DNA of 54,409 bases from Candidatus Aerophobota bacterium (GTDB taxonomy: Bacteria; Aerophobota; Aerophobia; Aerophobales; JAGGVN01): assembly GCA_021158005.1 (NCBI GenBank), contig JAGGVN010000129.1, positions 1 through 54,409 of the forward strand, given 5' to 3'. Positions within the stretch are counted from its first letter, which is position 1, and each line of letters opens with the position of its first letter. The notes below the pieces were generated by a model. The model ran no database searches and was not told where the DNA came from. It was given only the letters and a program-made list of their open reading frames with translations. Shown here piece by piece: positions 10,624-20,973 of the stretch. The translations under genes and the position numbers were made by a program.

Positions 10624-13257
10624 TTAAATTTCCTTTAACCTTTTCTTTAATTTATCTTTTTCTTTCTTGAAGATTAGTCTTTTCTCCTTCTCTTTTTTTA
10701 TTACTTGCGGAGGAGCTTTTCTTAAGAAATCAGAGTTTAGTAATCTTTTTTCGGTCCGGGATAAATCTTTTTCTATTTTCTTCAGTTTATTCTTCAATCT
10801 CTCTTTTTCTTTCTCCCAGTCAAGGAGACCTTCTAAGGGAATGAAAATATCTACATCTTCGATTGTAGAAGAAGCAGAGTGAGAAGGTTTCTTCAATCTT
10901 TTATCTATCGATAACTTCTCTACTTTTATTAAATTGATTAAATAAGAAGCATTTTCTTTTACGGTATTTAATTTCTCTTTATTATTTTCAATCCTCAGTA
11001 GAAGATTTACTTTTCTTTGAGGAGGGACTTCCATTTCAGCCCGAATAGCTCGTGCTTCCCGGATAATGGAGATGAGAAAGTTCATTTTATTTTCCGCATC
11101 TTTATATCTTCTCTCTTTTTCTGGCCAGGAAGAAATCATAATACTTTCTTCGTCATTTTCTTCCCGAGGAAGACGTTGATATATTTCTTCAGTAATAAAA
11201 GGCATAAAGGGATGGAGCATTTTCAAAGTTCCCTTCAGAATGCGGTAAAGAATCCAGCGAGGGGTATAACTGGATGGAGAACTTTCTTTTTCAAGGAGCC
11301 GAGGTTTAATTAATTCTATATACCAATCACAAAATTCTCCCCAGATAAATTGGTAAAGCAAGTTTGCTGCTTCCGAGAATTTAAGTTCTTCTAAGGAATT
11401 GGTTACCTTTTGAACAGTTTCCGAATAACGAGACAAAATCCACTTATCAGAAAGCTCTAAAGAGACAGTTTTTTCTTCTCGTGGAACAAAATTTTTTAAA
11501 TTATTTACAACAAAGCGAGAAGCATTCCATACTTTGTTGACAAAGTTTCTATAACCTCGCAGGCGATCTTCTGAAAATTGTAGGTAGGGAGATTCTGTTT
11601 CCAGAATAGCCAGGGAAAATCTAAAAGCATCTGTTCCGTATTTTTCCATTAAAGAGAGAGGGTCTATCACATTTCCCTTGGATTTACTCATTTTTTGTCC
11701 TTTTTCATCGCCAATTAAAGGATGAAAGTAGACTTTGTGGAAGGGGATCTTCCCTGTAATTTCCATTCCCATCATTATCATTCGGGCTACCCAGAAGAAG
11801 AGAAGGTCCCAACCGGTGCAAAGAAGGGAAGTGGGATAGAATTTCTTAAATTCCTCCCCCGTTTTTGGCCATCCCATAGTGGAAAAAGGCCAAAGACTCG
11901 AGGAGAACCAGGTGTCCAGAACATTCTCATCTTGTTTTATTTTTGGTGACTGGCAATACGGACATTTATCTGGTGTTTCTATAGAAACGGTCTCTTTTTT
12001 GCAGTTTTCACAATGCCAGAGGGGAAGTCTGTGTCCCCACCATATCTGACGGGAAATGCACCAGTCGTGAATATCTTTCAGCCATTGGAGATATTTTTTC
12101 TTCCAGTGCTCCGGAATAAACTTTATTTTTTCCTCTTCTCCTGCTTTCCTTGCTTTTTTTGCCATTTTTTCTACTTTTACAAACCATTGAGAAGAGAGAT
12201 AAGGTTCAATAATTGTTCCACAACGATAACAATGGCCTATTCTGAAGGTGTAATCTTCTATTTTTTCCATATATCCTTCTTTTTGAAGGTCATCTATTAT
12301 TTTTCTTCGACATTCATATCTATCTAACCCCTGGTAGATTCCTCCATTTTTATTTATAGTTCCATTTTTGTTGAAAATATTAATAAAGGGGAGATTGTGT
12401 TTCCTGCCGATAAGAAAATCAGTAGGGTCATGAGCGGGGGTTATTTTGAGGATACCAGTTCCAAACTCAGGGTCTACAAGATTATCATAAATTAAGGGAA
12501 GTTCCCTTCCTACAAGAGGAAGGATAAGGATTTCTCCCCTAAGATTTCGAGAACGCTTATCTTCTGGATTTATGGCGATGGCTGTATCCCCAAGCATAGT
12601 TTCTGGTCGAGTGGTTGCTATTACTAAATACTCATTTTTTCTTTCCTTAAAAGGATACTTAATGTAATAAAATTTTTCTTTTCTTTCTTTATATTCCACC
12701 TCAATATCCGAAAGAGCCGTTTCACAATGAGGACACCAGTTGATAATATAATTACCTCGATAAATATATCCCTTTTTATATAGATGAAGAAATGCTTTTT
12801 TGACAGCTAAGGAATAATTTTTATCCATGGTGAAAGATTTATTTTTCCAACTACAGGAAATACCTAATTTTTTAAGCTGGGATAAGATTCTCTCTTCATA
12901 TTTTTTCTTCCATTCCCATATATGCTTAACAAATTTTTCTCTTCCTATATTTTTTCTATTTATTCCTTCTTGAGATAGTCTTTTTTCTACTACATTTTGA
13001 GTAGCTATCCCTGCGTGGTCAATCCCTGGAATCCAGAGCACTTCGTATCCTTGCATTCTCTTAAAGCGAGCTACTATATCCTGAAGGGTGTTATCTAACG
13101 CATGTCCCATATGAAGAGCACCGGTAATATTGGGAGGAGGCATTACCATAGAGAAAGTAGACTTTTTCTTTCCGGGGTGAGGAGAAAAATAACCCTTCTT
13201 TTCCCAGAAACTTTCCCATTTTTTTTCTATATCTTTAGGCTCGTATCGCTTTTCCAT
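10624..13257 (-). CDS. valS: valine--tRNA ligase
   Basis: PPPNITGALHMGHAL (HIGH) and KMSKSKGN motifs, with a C-terminal coiled coil. I place the start at the ATG ending at 13257 (MEKRYEPKDIEKKWESFW), not at the 53-codon upstream extension in the ORF track. Confidence 0.95.
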   Translation of the reverse strand: MEKRYEPKDIEKKWESFWEKKGYFSPHPGKKKSTFSMVMPPPNITGALHMGHALDNTLQDIVARFKRMQGYEVLWIPGIDHAGIATQNVVEKRLSQEGINRKNIGREKFVKHIWEWKKKYEERILSQLKKLGISCSWKNKSFTMDKNYSLAVKKAFLHLYKKGYIYRGNYIINWCPHCETALSDIEVEYKERKEKFYYIKYPFKERKNEYLVIATTRPETMLGDTAIAINPEDKRSRNLRGEILILPLVGRELPLIYDNLVDPEFGTGILKITPAHDPTDFLIGRKHNLPFINIFNKNGTINKNGGIYQGLDRYECRRKIIDDLQKEGYMEKIEDYTFRIGHCYRCGTIIEPYLSSQWFVKVEKMAKKARKAGEEEKIKFIPEHWKKKYLQWLKDIHDWCISRQIWWGHRLPLWHCENCKKETVSIETPDKCPYCQSPKIKQDENVLDTWFSSSLWPFSTMGWPKTGEEFKKFYPTSLLCTGWDLLFFWVARMIMMGMEITGKIPFHKVYFHPLIGDEKGQKMSKSKGNVIDPLSLMEKYGTDAFRFSLAILETESPYLQFSEDRLRGYRNFVNKVWNASRFVVNNLKNFVPREEKTVSLELSDKWILSRYSETVQKVTNSLEELKFSEAANLLYQFIWGEFCDWYIELIKPRLLEKESSPSSYTPRWILYRILKGTLKMLHPFMPFITEEIYQRLPREENDEESIMISSWPEKERRYKDAENKMNFLISIIREARAIRAEMEVPPQRKVNLLLRIENNKEKLNTVKENASYLINLIKVEKLSIDKRLKKPSHSASSTIEDVDIFIPLEGLLDWEKEKERLKNKLKKIEKDLSRTEKRLLNSDFLRKAPPQVIKKEKEKRLIFKKEKDKLKKRLKEI

Positions 13258-13396
13258 TTGAAGGTATCTTACTAAAAGAGAGAGGATTGTCAAGGATTTT
13301 AATTTTTGCCCAGGTACCTTAATTGACTTTTCTTTTTTAATAATTAAAATTATAGAGACTAAAGAGTCTTTTAAATATTTACAGGAGAGTAAGAGA

Positions 13397-14029
13397 ATGG
13401 GAAAAGTTCTGGGCAAGGTAGGAAAACTTTCTGTAGAACATTTTAAAACTTCAAAAAGGAAACTTTATTATGTTCCTCTTATATTTTCCCGGGAGAAACT
13501 GGGAAGTAGGCTTTCTGAAGATTATTCCAAGAAATTTACAGCTTATTGGGATGAAGTGAAGAACAGGGTAGATGATCTTGAACAAAAAGTAGGAAAAGTG
13601 AGTAAGATTTTCCATGAGTTGATTACTTCAGAAGGTGAAAAAGGAGTAGAAGCTCTTAAAGAAATAAACGAGAGAAGCTATGAAATTGTTAAGGAGTTGT
13701 CTCAAAAAGGGGCAACTTTTGAATTAATTGAGAATGAGAGTTTACTTATGGAGAGTGAAGATTGGCTTCGGTGTTTAGCTACCCATCCTCGTTCTCCTGA
13801 TGTTTCTTTAAGAATTTCTGAGTTTTATCTACGGAGTCTTCAGAAGAGAAAAGAGTCGATAATTCGCAAGATAGATAAAACTCTACCCCCAAAGCAGATA
13901 GGGATACTTTTTATTCGTGAGGATCTTAACATTGAACTTCCTCAGGATATTGAAGTTTTCAAAATATCCCCCCCTGTTCTTGATGATATTCATTCAATTC
14001 TCCGAGATAATTTAAGAAGTTTACGTTAA
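13397..14029 (+). CDS. hypothetical protein (no family recognised)
   Basis: Clean 210-codon ORF divergent from valS. Acidic and helical in composition. No motif I can name. Confidence 0.5.
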   Translation: MGKVLGKVGKLSVEHFKTSKRKLYYVPLIFSREKLGSRLSEDYSKKFTAYWDEVKNRVDDLEQKVGKVSKIFHELITSEGEKGVEALKEINERSYEIVKELSQKGATFELIENESLLMESEDWLRCLATHPRSPDVSLRISEFYLRSLQKRKESIIRKIDKTLPPKQIGILFIREDLNIELPQDIEVFKISPPVLDDIHSILRDNLRSLR

Positions 14030-14542
14030 AGCTTTTACTATTTCTCTGGCAAAATCTCTGGCTGCCTGGGGACCATTAGCAGTAATGATTTTTCCATCTA
14101 CCTGGACGGGCTTACCGGTATAAATGGCTCCTTTAGTTTCTATTTTTTCCCTTTCTGAGGCCCATACAGTAGCTTTTTTTCCTGAGAGAACATCAGCATT
14201 GGCTAAGGTTACCGGAGCAATGCAAATGGCGCAAAGAATCTTGTCTTTATTGACTGCTTCTTGAGCGATTTTGTGTGCCAGAGAATCATTCCAGTATTGA
14301 CTGGCTCCACTCCCGCCAACAAAGATAATGGTATCATAATCATCTACTTTGACTTTTTCTATTAATATATCCACAGTTACTCTTGCTCCCAGCATTCCGG
14401 TAGCCATCTCCAGGGAAGTAGAAGCTATAATTACTTTTGCTCCTTCTTTTTCCAGTATCTCTTTTGGTTCTAATAATTCCTCATCTCTAAAATTTCTTTC
14501 GGCAATAATCATTAATACCTTTTTGCCTTCTAATTTTTTCAT
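14021..14542 (-). CDS. DJ-1/PfpI family protein
   Basis: KKVLMIIAERNFRDEEL and the nucleophile-elbow AICIAPVTLA motif. The internal ATG at 14542 is preceded by AGGAGGTGAAGAG. The ORF also extends to an upstream ATG at 14653 (see findings). Confidence 0.82.
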   Translation of the reverse strand: MKKLEGKKVLMIIAERNFRDEELLEPKEILEKEGAKVIIASTSLEMATGMLGARVTVDILIEKVKVDDYDTIIFVGGSGASQYWNDSLAHKIAQEAVNKDKILCAICIAPVTLANADVLSGKKATVWASEREKIETKGAIYTGKPVQVDGKIITANGPQAARDFAREIVKALT

Positions 14543-14740
14543 CTCTTCACCTCCTAAACCTATATTATTAAGATTTCCTGTTCCCCATAATAGTAGGATA
14601 AAAAAATTTATAGTAGTAATCATCAGCGCTTTTTTCCCTTTTAATCTTTTCATTGCCTCACCTGTCTAACTTAAATTATGTTAAAGTTTTTGCAACTTTT
14701 AATAGATTCTTTTATATAAGGAATGAGAGGATTTATAGAA

Positions 14741-15547
14741 CTATAAATATTTACTTATAAGGAGCACTCCTCCTAATATCCAGCAATAATAGGAAAATAT
14801 GAAGAGTCTCTTCTTCAGGAGAAATTTTTTGAGAAATATCAAAGATAAATATCCTAAGATAAAACTGATTAAAGCTCCTCCTATCCAGGGAAAAGGATTT
14901 TCAGGAATAGTTTTTTCTATTACGCTTTCTTTAATCTCTAGAATAAGAGCCCCGATGATAGTGGGTATAGCCAGCAGGAAGGAGAATTCAAAGGCAAACT
15001 CTTTATTCATCTTTCTAATAAGTCCAGTAGAAATAGTCATACCTGAACGCGATACTCCGGGAAGAAGAGCTATTCCCTGCATTATTCCTACAAGAAAAGC
15101 ATCTATAGTTTTTAATTCTTTTATTCCTTTATTTGATTTTCCTCTTCTTTCCCCTATCCAGAGGAAACTCCCGGTGAAAAGAAACATCAGAGAAGTAAAA
15201 GTAACATTGGTAAAGAGAGGCTCTATCTTTTTTTTAAAAATCAGTCCTATCAATGCTGTGGGAATAGTTCCTATAATAATGAGGTAGAGGAGTTTCTGCT
15301 TTTGAGTTTGCAATTTGCTTTTCTTTCTCTGGATAAATAGAGGTGAAATTATTTCCCAGAGTTTTTTCCGGAAATAGAGTAATATTGCTCCCAATGTTGC
15401 TCCGTGCAAGATTATGTCAAATAAAAGGAGAGATTTTTTAAATCCGAGATAGTATTGAAAGATCACTAAATGTCCCGAGCTACTTATAGGGAAAAATTCG
15501 GTTAATCCCTGGATCGCTCCCAGAATAAGAGCTTTATATATATTCAT
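14741..15547 (-). CDS. uppP: undecaprenyl-diphosphate phosphatase
   Basis: LGAIQGLTEFFPISSSGHL and PGVSRSGMTISTGL BacA signatures; polytopic membrane protein. Confidence 0.93.
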   Translation of the reverse strand: MNIYKALILGAIQGLTEFFPISSSGHLVIFQYYLGFKKSLLLFDIILHGATLGAILLYFRKKLWEIISPLFIQRKKSKLQTQKQKLLYLIIIGTIPTALIGLIFKKKIEPLFTNVTFTSLMFLFTGSFLWIGERRGKSNKGIKELKTIDAFLVGIMQGIALLPGVSRSGMTISTGLIRKMNKEFAFEFSFLLAIPTIIGALILEIKESVIEKTIPENPFPWIGGALISFILGYLSLIFLKKFLLKKRLFIFSYYCWILGGVLLISKYL

Positions 15548-15581
15548 AATTTCCTTATATTGGTTGTCCGCATCCTTCTAA

Positions 15582-16376
15582 CTACTTAGGTATTATTTTT
15601 TCCTTGGAGATTCCTCTCTCTGAGTTCCGAATGAATTCACAAAGATGTTTAATTTCCGGAATTGGGTTTATTTCTTCTTCTATTTTTTTTAATGCTTCCG
15701 TAGTATTTAAATTTGATTTAAATAGAATCTTATAAGCTTTTTTAAGAAGAGTCCTTGTTTTGGGAGGGAAATTAGCCCGTCGTAAACCTACGCTATTTAA
15801 TCCCCAGAGAGTCGCTGGATGACCGTCTGCTTTCATATAAGGGGGAATATCTTTTACCACTTTAGAGCATCCTCCAATTATAGAATAAGCCCCTATTCTT
15901 ACATATTGATGAACGCCAGTTAATCCTCCGATAATCGCTCTCTTTTCTACGGTGACATATCCGGCGAGACCAACAAAATTGGCAAGTACTATTCCGTCTT
16001 CTAATACACAATTATGAGCAATATGGGAGTAAGCCATTAAGAAATTATCGTTACCTATCTGGGTTGCATTTCCTTCCCCGGTCGCCCGGTGAATAGTAGC
16101 GTATTCTCGAATAAGATTCCTATCTCCTATTTTTATAAAACTCTTGCACTCTTTATAATGTCTATCCTGAGGTAATCCGCCAATACTTACCCCCTGGGAA
16201 ATAATACAATCTCTACCTATGCTTACCCACCCTTCCACTAAGACTTGAGGACCAATCTTAGTTCCTCTTCCAATATGGACATTTTCTCCAATCATAGAAT
16301 AAGGACCTACTTCTACTCCGTCCTCTAACTTTGCTTTTGAATTGACAATGGCTGTAGGATGTATAAAGACCTCCAT
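15582..16376 (-). CDS. lpxA: acyl-ACP--UDP-N-acetylglucosamine O-acyltransferase
   Basis: IHPTAIV start, hexapeptide repeats, HIAHNC and HQYVRIG blocks, and a helical C-terminal domain. About 264 aa. Confidence 0.88.
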   Translation of the reverse strand: MEVFIHPTAIVNSKAKLEDGVEVGPYSMIGENVHIGRGTKIGPQVLVEGWVSIGRDCIISQGVSIGGLPQDRHYKECKSFIKIGDRNLIREYATIHRATGEGNATQIGNDNFLMAYSHIAHNCVLEDGIVLANFVGLAGYVTVEKRAIIGGLTGVHQYVRIGAYSIIGGCSKVVKDIPPYMKADGHPATLWGLNSVGLRRANFPPKTRTLLKKAYKILFKSNLNTTEALKKIEEEINPIPEIKHLCEFIRNSERGISKEKIIPK

Positions 16377-17584
16377 TATTTGTCTCCTCTTTTCACTTTA
16401 GCCATAATTTTTAAAGGAAGTCCCCATATGTAAATGAATCCCGTAGAGGCTTTTTGGTCAAATATATCCTCAGGACCATAGGTAGCTATTCTCCTCTTAT
16501 AAAGAGAATAGGAAGATTTTCTTCCCACTACTTCACAATTTCCTTTATAAATCATTAATTTTATTTCTCCAGTTACTACCTTTTGAGTTTGAGTGATAAA
16601 TTCATCCAGAGCCTCACGCAGAGGGGAGTACCACAAGCCATTATAAATTAATTCTGAGTATTTTTGGGCAATAAGTTCCTTAAAGTGGAAGGTATCTTTA
16701 TCTAAGGTTAATCTTTCCAGTTCCTTGTGAGCTAAGTGAAGAATTACTGCTGCCGGAGCCTCGTAAATTTCTCTCGATTTTATCCCTATTAGTCGATTTT
16801 CTAACAAATCAATTCTTCCTACACCGTTTACTCCTCCTATTAGATTTAATTTTTCGATGAGAGTAACCGGGTCGTATTCTTTGCCGTTTAAGCCCGAAGG
16901 GATTCCCTTTTCAAACTCAATCTTTAAATAAGCAGGCTCATCGGGAGCTTCTTGAGGAGATTTAGTAATCTGATAACTATCAGAAGGAGGTTGCTTCCAG
17001 ATATCCTCTAAACTTCCACATTCTATACTTACTCCCCAGAGATTTCTATCAATGGAGTAAGGAGATTCTTTGCTTATTTCCACGGGAATTTTATGCTCCT
17101 GAGCATACTTTATTTCTTCTTCTCGGGAGCTAAGTTCCCATTCTCTCACCGGGGCAAGGATAGTAATTTCAGGATTCAGAGCCTTAGCAGTTACTTCAAA
17201 CCTCACCTGGTCATTCCCTTTCCCTGTGCACCCGTGAGCAATAGCCTCTGCTCCTTCTTTTTCGGCGATCTTTACCAATCCTCTGGTAATTAAAGGTCGG
17301 GCTAAAGCCGTTGCTAAGGGATATTTTCCTTCGTAAAGAGCTCCTGCTTTTAAGGCAGGAAAAACATAATTTTGACAGAATTCTCTACGAACATCTTCTA
17401 TATAAACTTTGCTGGCTCCAGTTTTCTTTGCTTTCTCCTTTATCGCTTCTAATCTTTCTCCCTGTCCTAAATTAGCAGTATAGGTAATTACCTGCGCTTT
17501 ATACTTTTCTTTTAACCAATGGAGAATTACGGAAGTATCCAGTCCTCCTGAGTAAGCTAAAACAATCTTTTTAATCTTTTTCAT
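16376..17584 (-). CDS. argG: argininosuccinate synthase
   Basis: VLAYSGGLDTS P-loop and AHGCTGKGNDQVRFE. Start placed at the ATG ending at 17584 (MKKIKKIV), preceded by GGGGAGG. The track start at 17617 would overlap argF. Confidence 0.93.
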   Translation of the reverse strand: MKKIKKIVLAYSGGLDTSVILHWLKEKYKAQVITYTANLGQGERLEAIKEKAKKTGASKVYIEDVRREFCQNYVFPALKAGALYEGKYPLATALARPLITRGLVKIAEKEGAEAIAHGCTGKGNDQVRFEVTAKALNPEITILAPVREWELSSREEEIKYAQEHKIPVEISKESPYSIDRNLWGVSIECGSLEDIWKQPPSDSYQITKSPQEAPDEPAYLKIEFEKGIPSGLNGKEYDPVTLIEKLNLIGGVNGVGRIDLLENRLIGIKSREIYEAPAAVILHLAHKELERLTLDKDTFHFKELIAQKYSELIYNGLWYSPLREALDEFITQTQKVVTGEIKLMIYKGNCEVVGRKSSYSLYKRRIATYGPEDIFDQKASTGFIYIWGLPLKIMAKVKRGDK

Positions 17585-17597
17585 AAATCCTCCCCTT

Positions 17598-18521
17598 CTA
17601 AGATATTTTACTACCAAGAAGTTTTACCAGAAGAGCTTTTTGAAGGTGAAGTCGATTTTCAGCCTGCTCAAAAACGATGCTTTTCTTTCCATCTATGACT
17701 TCATCAGTTATTTCCTCCCCTCGATGAGCAGGAAGGCAATGCATTATTATTACATCCTCTTTTGCTTTCTTTACCAGATTAAGATTAACTTGATAATCTT
17801 TAAATATGGACCGGCGGTCTTTCTCCTCTTTTTCTTTCCCCATACTGGTCCACACATCAGTGTAAATAATGTCCGCTTCTTTTACTGCTTCCAGGGGGTC
17901 TTTTACAAAAGTTATTTTTGCCTCCTTTGATTCTCTAGCCTGGGAGATTATTTCCTCATTGGGTTTATATTCGGGAGGGTGAGAAATAAAGAGATTTACT
18001 CCCAGAATAGAGGCTCCTAAAATCAAGGAATTGCAGACATTATTAACATCTCCCACATATACCCATTTTATTTTTTTTAAGTTCTTCTTTTTACGCCAGA
18101 TAGTGTAATAGTCAGATAAAGCCTGGCAGGGATGGAGCAGATCTGTTAATCCGTTTATTACGGGAATAGTAGCTGCTTTAGCAAATCTTATTACTTCTTG
18201 ATGGTCAAAGGTTCTTATCATAATTGCGTCTATATATAGAGAAAGAACTTTGGCGGTATCTTCTATAGTTTCTCCGCGCTTTAGCTGTAATTGTGGAAGA
18301 GAGAGAAATATAGGATGTCCTCCTAATTGATACATTCCTACTTCAAAAGAAAGACGGGTGCGGGTAGAAGGTTTTCGGAAAATCATTCCCAAAGTTTTTC
18401 CTTTAAGAGGATAGAAAGACTTACCCTCCTTTAGTAATTTTCTTAAATAATTGGCTTCTTCAAAGAGATTAAATATTTCATCTCTGGTTAAATCTTTAAT
18501 AGAAAGAAAATCTTTTTTCAT
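17598..18521 (-). CDS. argF: ornithine carbamoyltransferase
   Basis: STRTRLSFEVG carbamoyl-phosphate motif and HCLPAHRGEE motif. Confidence 0.92.
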   Translation of the reverse strand: MKKDFLSIKDLTRDEIFNLFEEANYLRKLLKEGKSFYPLKGKTLGMIFRKPSTRTRLSFEVGMYQLGGHPIFLSLPQLQLKRGETIEDTAKVLSLYIDAIMIRTFDHQEVIRFAKAATIPVINGLTDLLHPCQALSDYYTIWRKKKNLKKIKWVYVGDVNNVCNSLILGASILGVNLFISHPPEYKPNEEIISQARESKEAKITFVKDPLEAVKEADIIYTDVWTSMGKEKEEKDRRSIFKDYQVNLNLVKKAKEDVIIMHCLPAHRGEEITDEVIDGKKSIVFEQAENRLHLQKALLVKLLGSKIS

Positions 18522-19960
18522 AAATTCTCCTCCAGTTCTTCTTTTAAGAGATTATTTACTAAACGAGGATTGGCTTTCCCTTTTGTCTTTTTCATAACTT
18601 CCCCGATTAGGAATCCTACTGCTTTCTTTTTCCCTTTCCTTATACTCTCTATCGCCTCAGGATTTTCTTTTATAACTTCATCTACCAATTTCTTTAATTT
18701 TTTTTCATCGCTGAGTTGTTGTGAGCCATCTTCTTTAATAATTTGCGAGGCTGATTTACCCGTCTTAAACATTTTTGAGAGAATATCCTTTGCTAAATTT
18801 CTACTGATAACTCCCTTTTCTATCTCTTTTAATAATTCTCCCATTTTTTCCGGACTAACTTTTATCTTCTCTATGGAAATATTTTCTTCTTTAAGGAGCC
18901 GGAGAATCTCCCCCATTATCCAGTTACTCACTATCTTGGGATGGTGGTAGTATTTTACGCATTTTTCAAAATAGTCTGCTATTTCTTGAGAGTTGGTAAT
19001 TACCCCGGCATCATATTCCGGGAGACCGTATTCCTGGATGAATCTTCGGTATTTTTGTTGAGGTAATTCTGGGAGAGAAAGTCTCAAGTTATTTTCCCAT
19101 TCTTTACTTATTTCTAAAGGTAAAAGATCGGGTTCAGGAAAGTAGCGATAATCCTGGGCTTCTTCCTTTCCTCTCATAGAGATAGTCTTCTTTTTTTTAG
19201 GGTCCCATAAGCGTGTTTCCTGGATTATTTTTTCTCCTTTATTTAAAAGATGAGATTGTCTCTCTATTTCTGCGGAGAGTCCATCTTTTATTTCTTTAAA
19301 AGAATTCATATTTTTAAGTTCTGTTTTTGTTCCCATTTTTTCCCCGGGGAGAGTGAGGGAAATGTTGGCATCACACCGAAGGGAACCTTCTTCCATATTA
19401 CAATCACTAACTTTTAAATATCGAAGTATCTTCCTGAGTTCTATAAGATAAATATAGGCTTCTTCGGGTGAGGAAATATCCGGACAGCTTACGATTTCCA
19501 TAAGAGGGATTCCGCAACGGTTATAATCTACAAAACTAAATTTAATATCTTCAGGATTTGTCCCGTGCACAAGCTTACCTGCATCTTCTTCTAAATGGAC
19601 ACGCTCAATTCCTATTCTCTTTTTTCTTTTATTGAGAATGATTTCCAGATAACCATTCTTGGCCAAAGGTTCTTCATATTGAGATATTTGATAATTTTTA
19701 GGGAGATCCGGGTAATAATAATTCTTTCGAGAAAAACGGCAAAATTTGCTAATCTGACAATTTAGCGCCAGAGCGGTAATAATGGTGAATTTTACCGCTT
19801 TTTTATTAATTACCGGGAGAACTCCCGGTAGTCCTAAACATACCGGACAAATTTGGGTATTGGGAGGAGCACCAAATTGGGTGCTACACCCACAAAAGAG
19901 TTTGGTCTTTGTGGAAAGTTCTACATGTACCTCTAATCCAATGTTTACCTGATAGTTCAT
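18518..19960 (-). CDS. gatB: Asp/Glu-tRNA amidotransferase subunit B
   Basis: IGLEVHVELSTKTKLFCGC..CPVCLGLPGVLPV N-terminus and a C-terminal GatB/YqeY domain. Confidence 0.93.
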   Translation of the reverse strand: MNYQVNIGLEVHVELSTKTKLFCGCSTQFGAPPNTQICPVCLGLPGVLPVINKKAVKFTIITALALNCQISKFCRFSRKNYYYPDLPKNYQISQYEEPLAKNGYLEIILNKRKKRIGIERVHLEEDAGKLVHGTNPEDIKFSFVDYNRCGIPLMEIVSCPDISSPEEAYIYLIELRKILRYLKVSDCNMEEGSLRCDANISLTLPGEKMGTKTELKNMNSFKEIKDGLSAEIERQSHLLNKGEKIIQETRLWDPKKKKTISMRGKEEAQDYRYFPEPDLLPLEISKEWENNLRLSLPELPQQKYRRFIQEYGLPEYDAGVITNSQEIADYFEKCVKYYHHPKIVSNWIMGEILRLLKEENISIEKIKVSPEKMGELLKEIEKGVISRNLAKDILSKMFKTGKSASQIIKEDGSQQLSDEKKLKKLVDEVIKENPEAIESIRKGKKKAVGFLIGEVMKKTKGKANPRLVNNLLKEELEENL

Positions 19961-20973
19961 CTTTTCATTCCTACTCCATCAATTTTAGTTCCGCAATACC
20001 TACATCTTCCGTCTCTGAGATTAAAGTTCTCTATACGGTATCCATAACGGCGGATTAATAGTTTCTTACAATTGTAGCAATAAGTATTTTCTCCTTCGTC
20101 TCCGGGAACATTACCGGTATAAACATATCTTATTCCCATTTTTAGACCTATTTCCCGTGCTCGATGGAGAGTTTCCAGGGGTGTAGGGGGAAGGTCTTTT
20201 AACTTATATGTAGGATAGAAACGACTAAGGTGCCAGGGAACCTCCTCACCCAAACTTAATATAAATTTAGCTATTTTCTTTAATTCTTCTTCGGAATCAT
20301 TTAAAGTAGGAATAATTAGAGTGGTTACCTCTATCCAGACTCCTCTTTTTTTCATAATCTTTAAGTTGTTTAAGATAGGTTTTAAAGAGGCTCCGCATAT
20401 CTTTTTATAAAATTCTTCGCTGAATGATTTTAAATCGACATTAACAGCATCCATAAAAGGAATTATTTTCCTTAGGGCTTCTTCGCTAATAAATCCATTG
20501 GTAACAAAAATATTTTTAATCTCTTTTTTTCGGGCTAATTGGCAAATTTCGTAGGCATATTCGAAAAAGATAGTAGGTTCAGTATAAGTATAAGCAATAC
20601 CCTGACAATTACTTTTTTCAGTAAGGGAAATAATCTCTTCCGGTGAAAAATTTTCTCCTTCAATTTCATTTTGTTCTCGAGGAAGTTGAGAAATACTATA
20701 GTTTTGACAGTTTAAACATCTAAAATTGCATCCCACTGTAGCTAAGGAAAAGATACTTGCTCCGGGGTAAAAATGATAGAGAGGTTTTTTTTCCACCGGG
20801 TCTATTGCGTAGGAGACTACTTTTCCATAAACTAAGGTATAGAGAATTCCTTCTTTATTTTCTCTTACTCTACAGATTCCCTTTTTAAAGTTAGAGATTA
20901 AGCATTGATGAGGACAAAGGTTACACTTTACTCTTTTATTCTCTAATTTTTCATAAAACATTGCTTCTTTCAT
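19957..20973 (-). CDS. amrS: AmmeMemoRadiSam-system radical SAM enzyme
   Basis: CNLCPHQC N-terminal Cys motif, IDPVEKKPLYHFYPG, the radical-SAM cluster CNFRCLNCQN, and a C-terminal CYNC..CRYC. Confidence 0.85.
   Translation of the reverse strand: MKEAMFYEKLENKRVKCNLCPHQCLISNFKKGICRVRENKEGILYTLVYGKVVSYAIDPVEKKPLYHFYPGASIFSLATVGCNFRCLNCQNYSISQLPREQNEIEGENFSPEEIISLTEKSNCQGIAYTYTEPTIFFEYAYEICQLARKKEIKNIFVTNGFISEEALRKIIPFMDAVNVDLKSFSEEFYKKICGASLKPILNNLKIMKKRGVWIEVTTLIIPTLNDSEEELKKIAKFILSLGEEVPWHLSRFYPTYKLKDLPPTPLETLHRAREIGLKMGIRYVYTGNVPGDEGENTYCYNCKKLLIRRYGYRIENFNLRDGRCRYCGTKIDGVGMKR

Noticed and set aside
10667-12327. Antisense ORFs of 61-162 aa inside valS. The same kind occurs inside cdsA (541-849), cimA, GH127, uppP (14799-15287), gatB (18570-18950), ileS, both kinases, the usher-like gene (47425-47655) and the protease (49861-50247).
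   Set aside because: All lie wholly inside long ORFs with clear family signatures on the other strand or in another frame. Their translations are low-complexity (F/S/L/K-rich), as expected for the reverse complement of AAR/GAR-rich coding DNA. None has an RBS.
13258-13416. 53-codon N-terminal extension of valS in the ORF track (MPRTFPILLLSCKYL...).
   Set aside because: The conserved ValRS N-terminus (MEKRYEPKDIEKKWESFW) begins at the ATG ending at 13257. The extension is hydrophobic junk and would overlap the divergent gene's start region.
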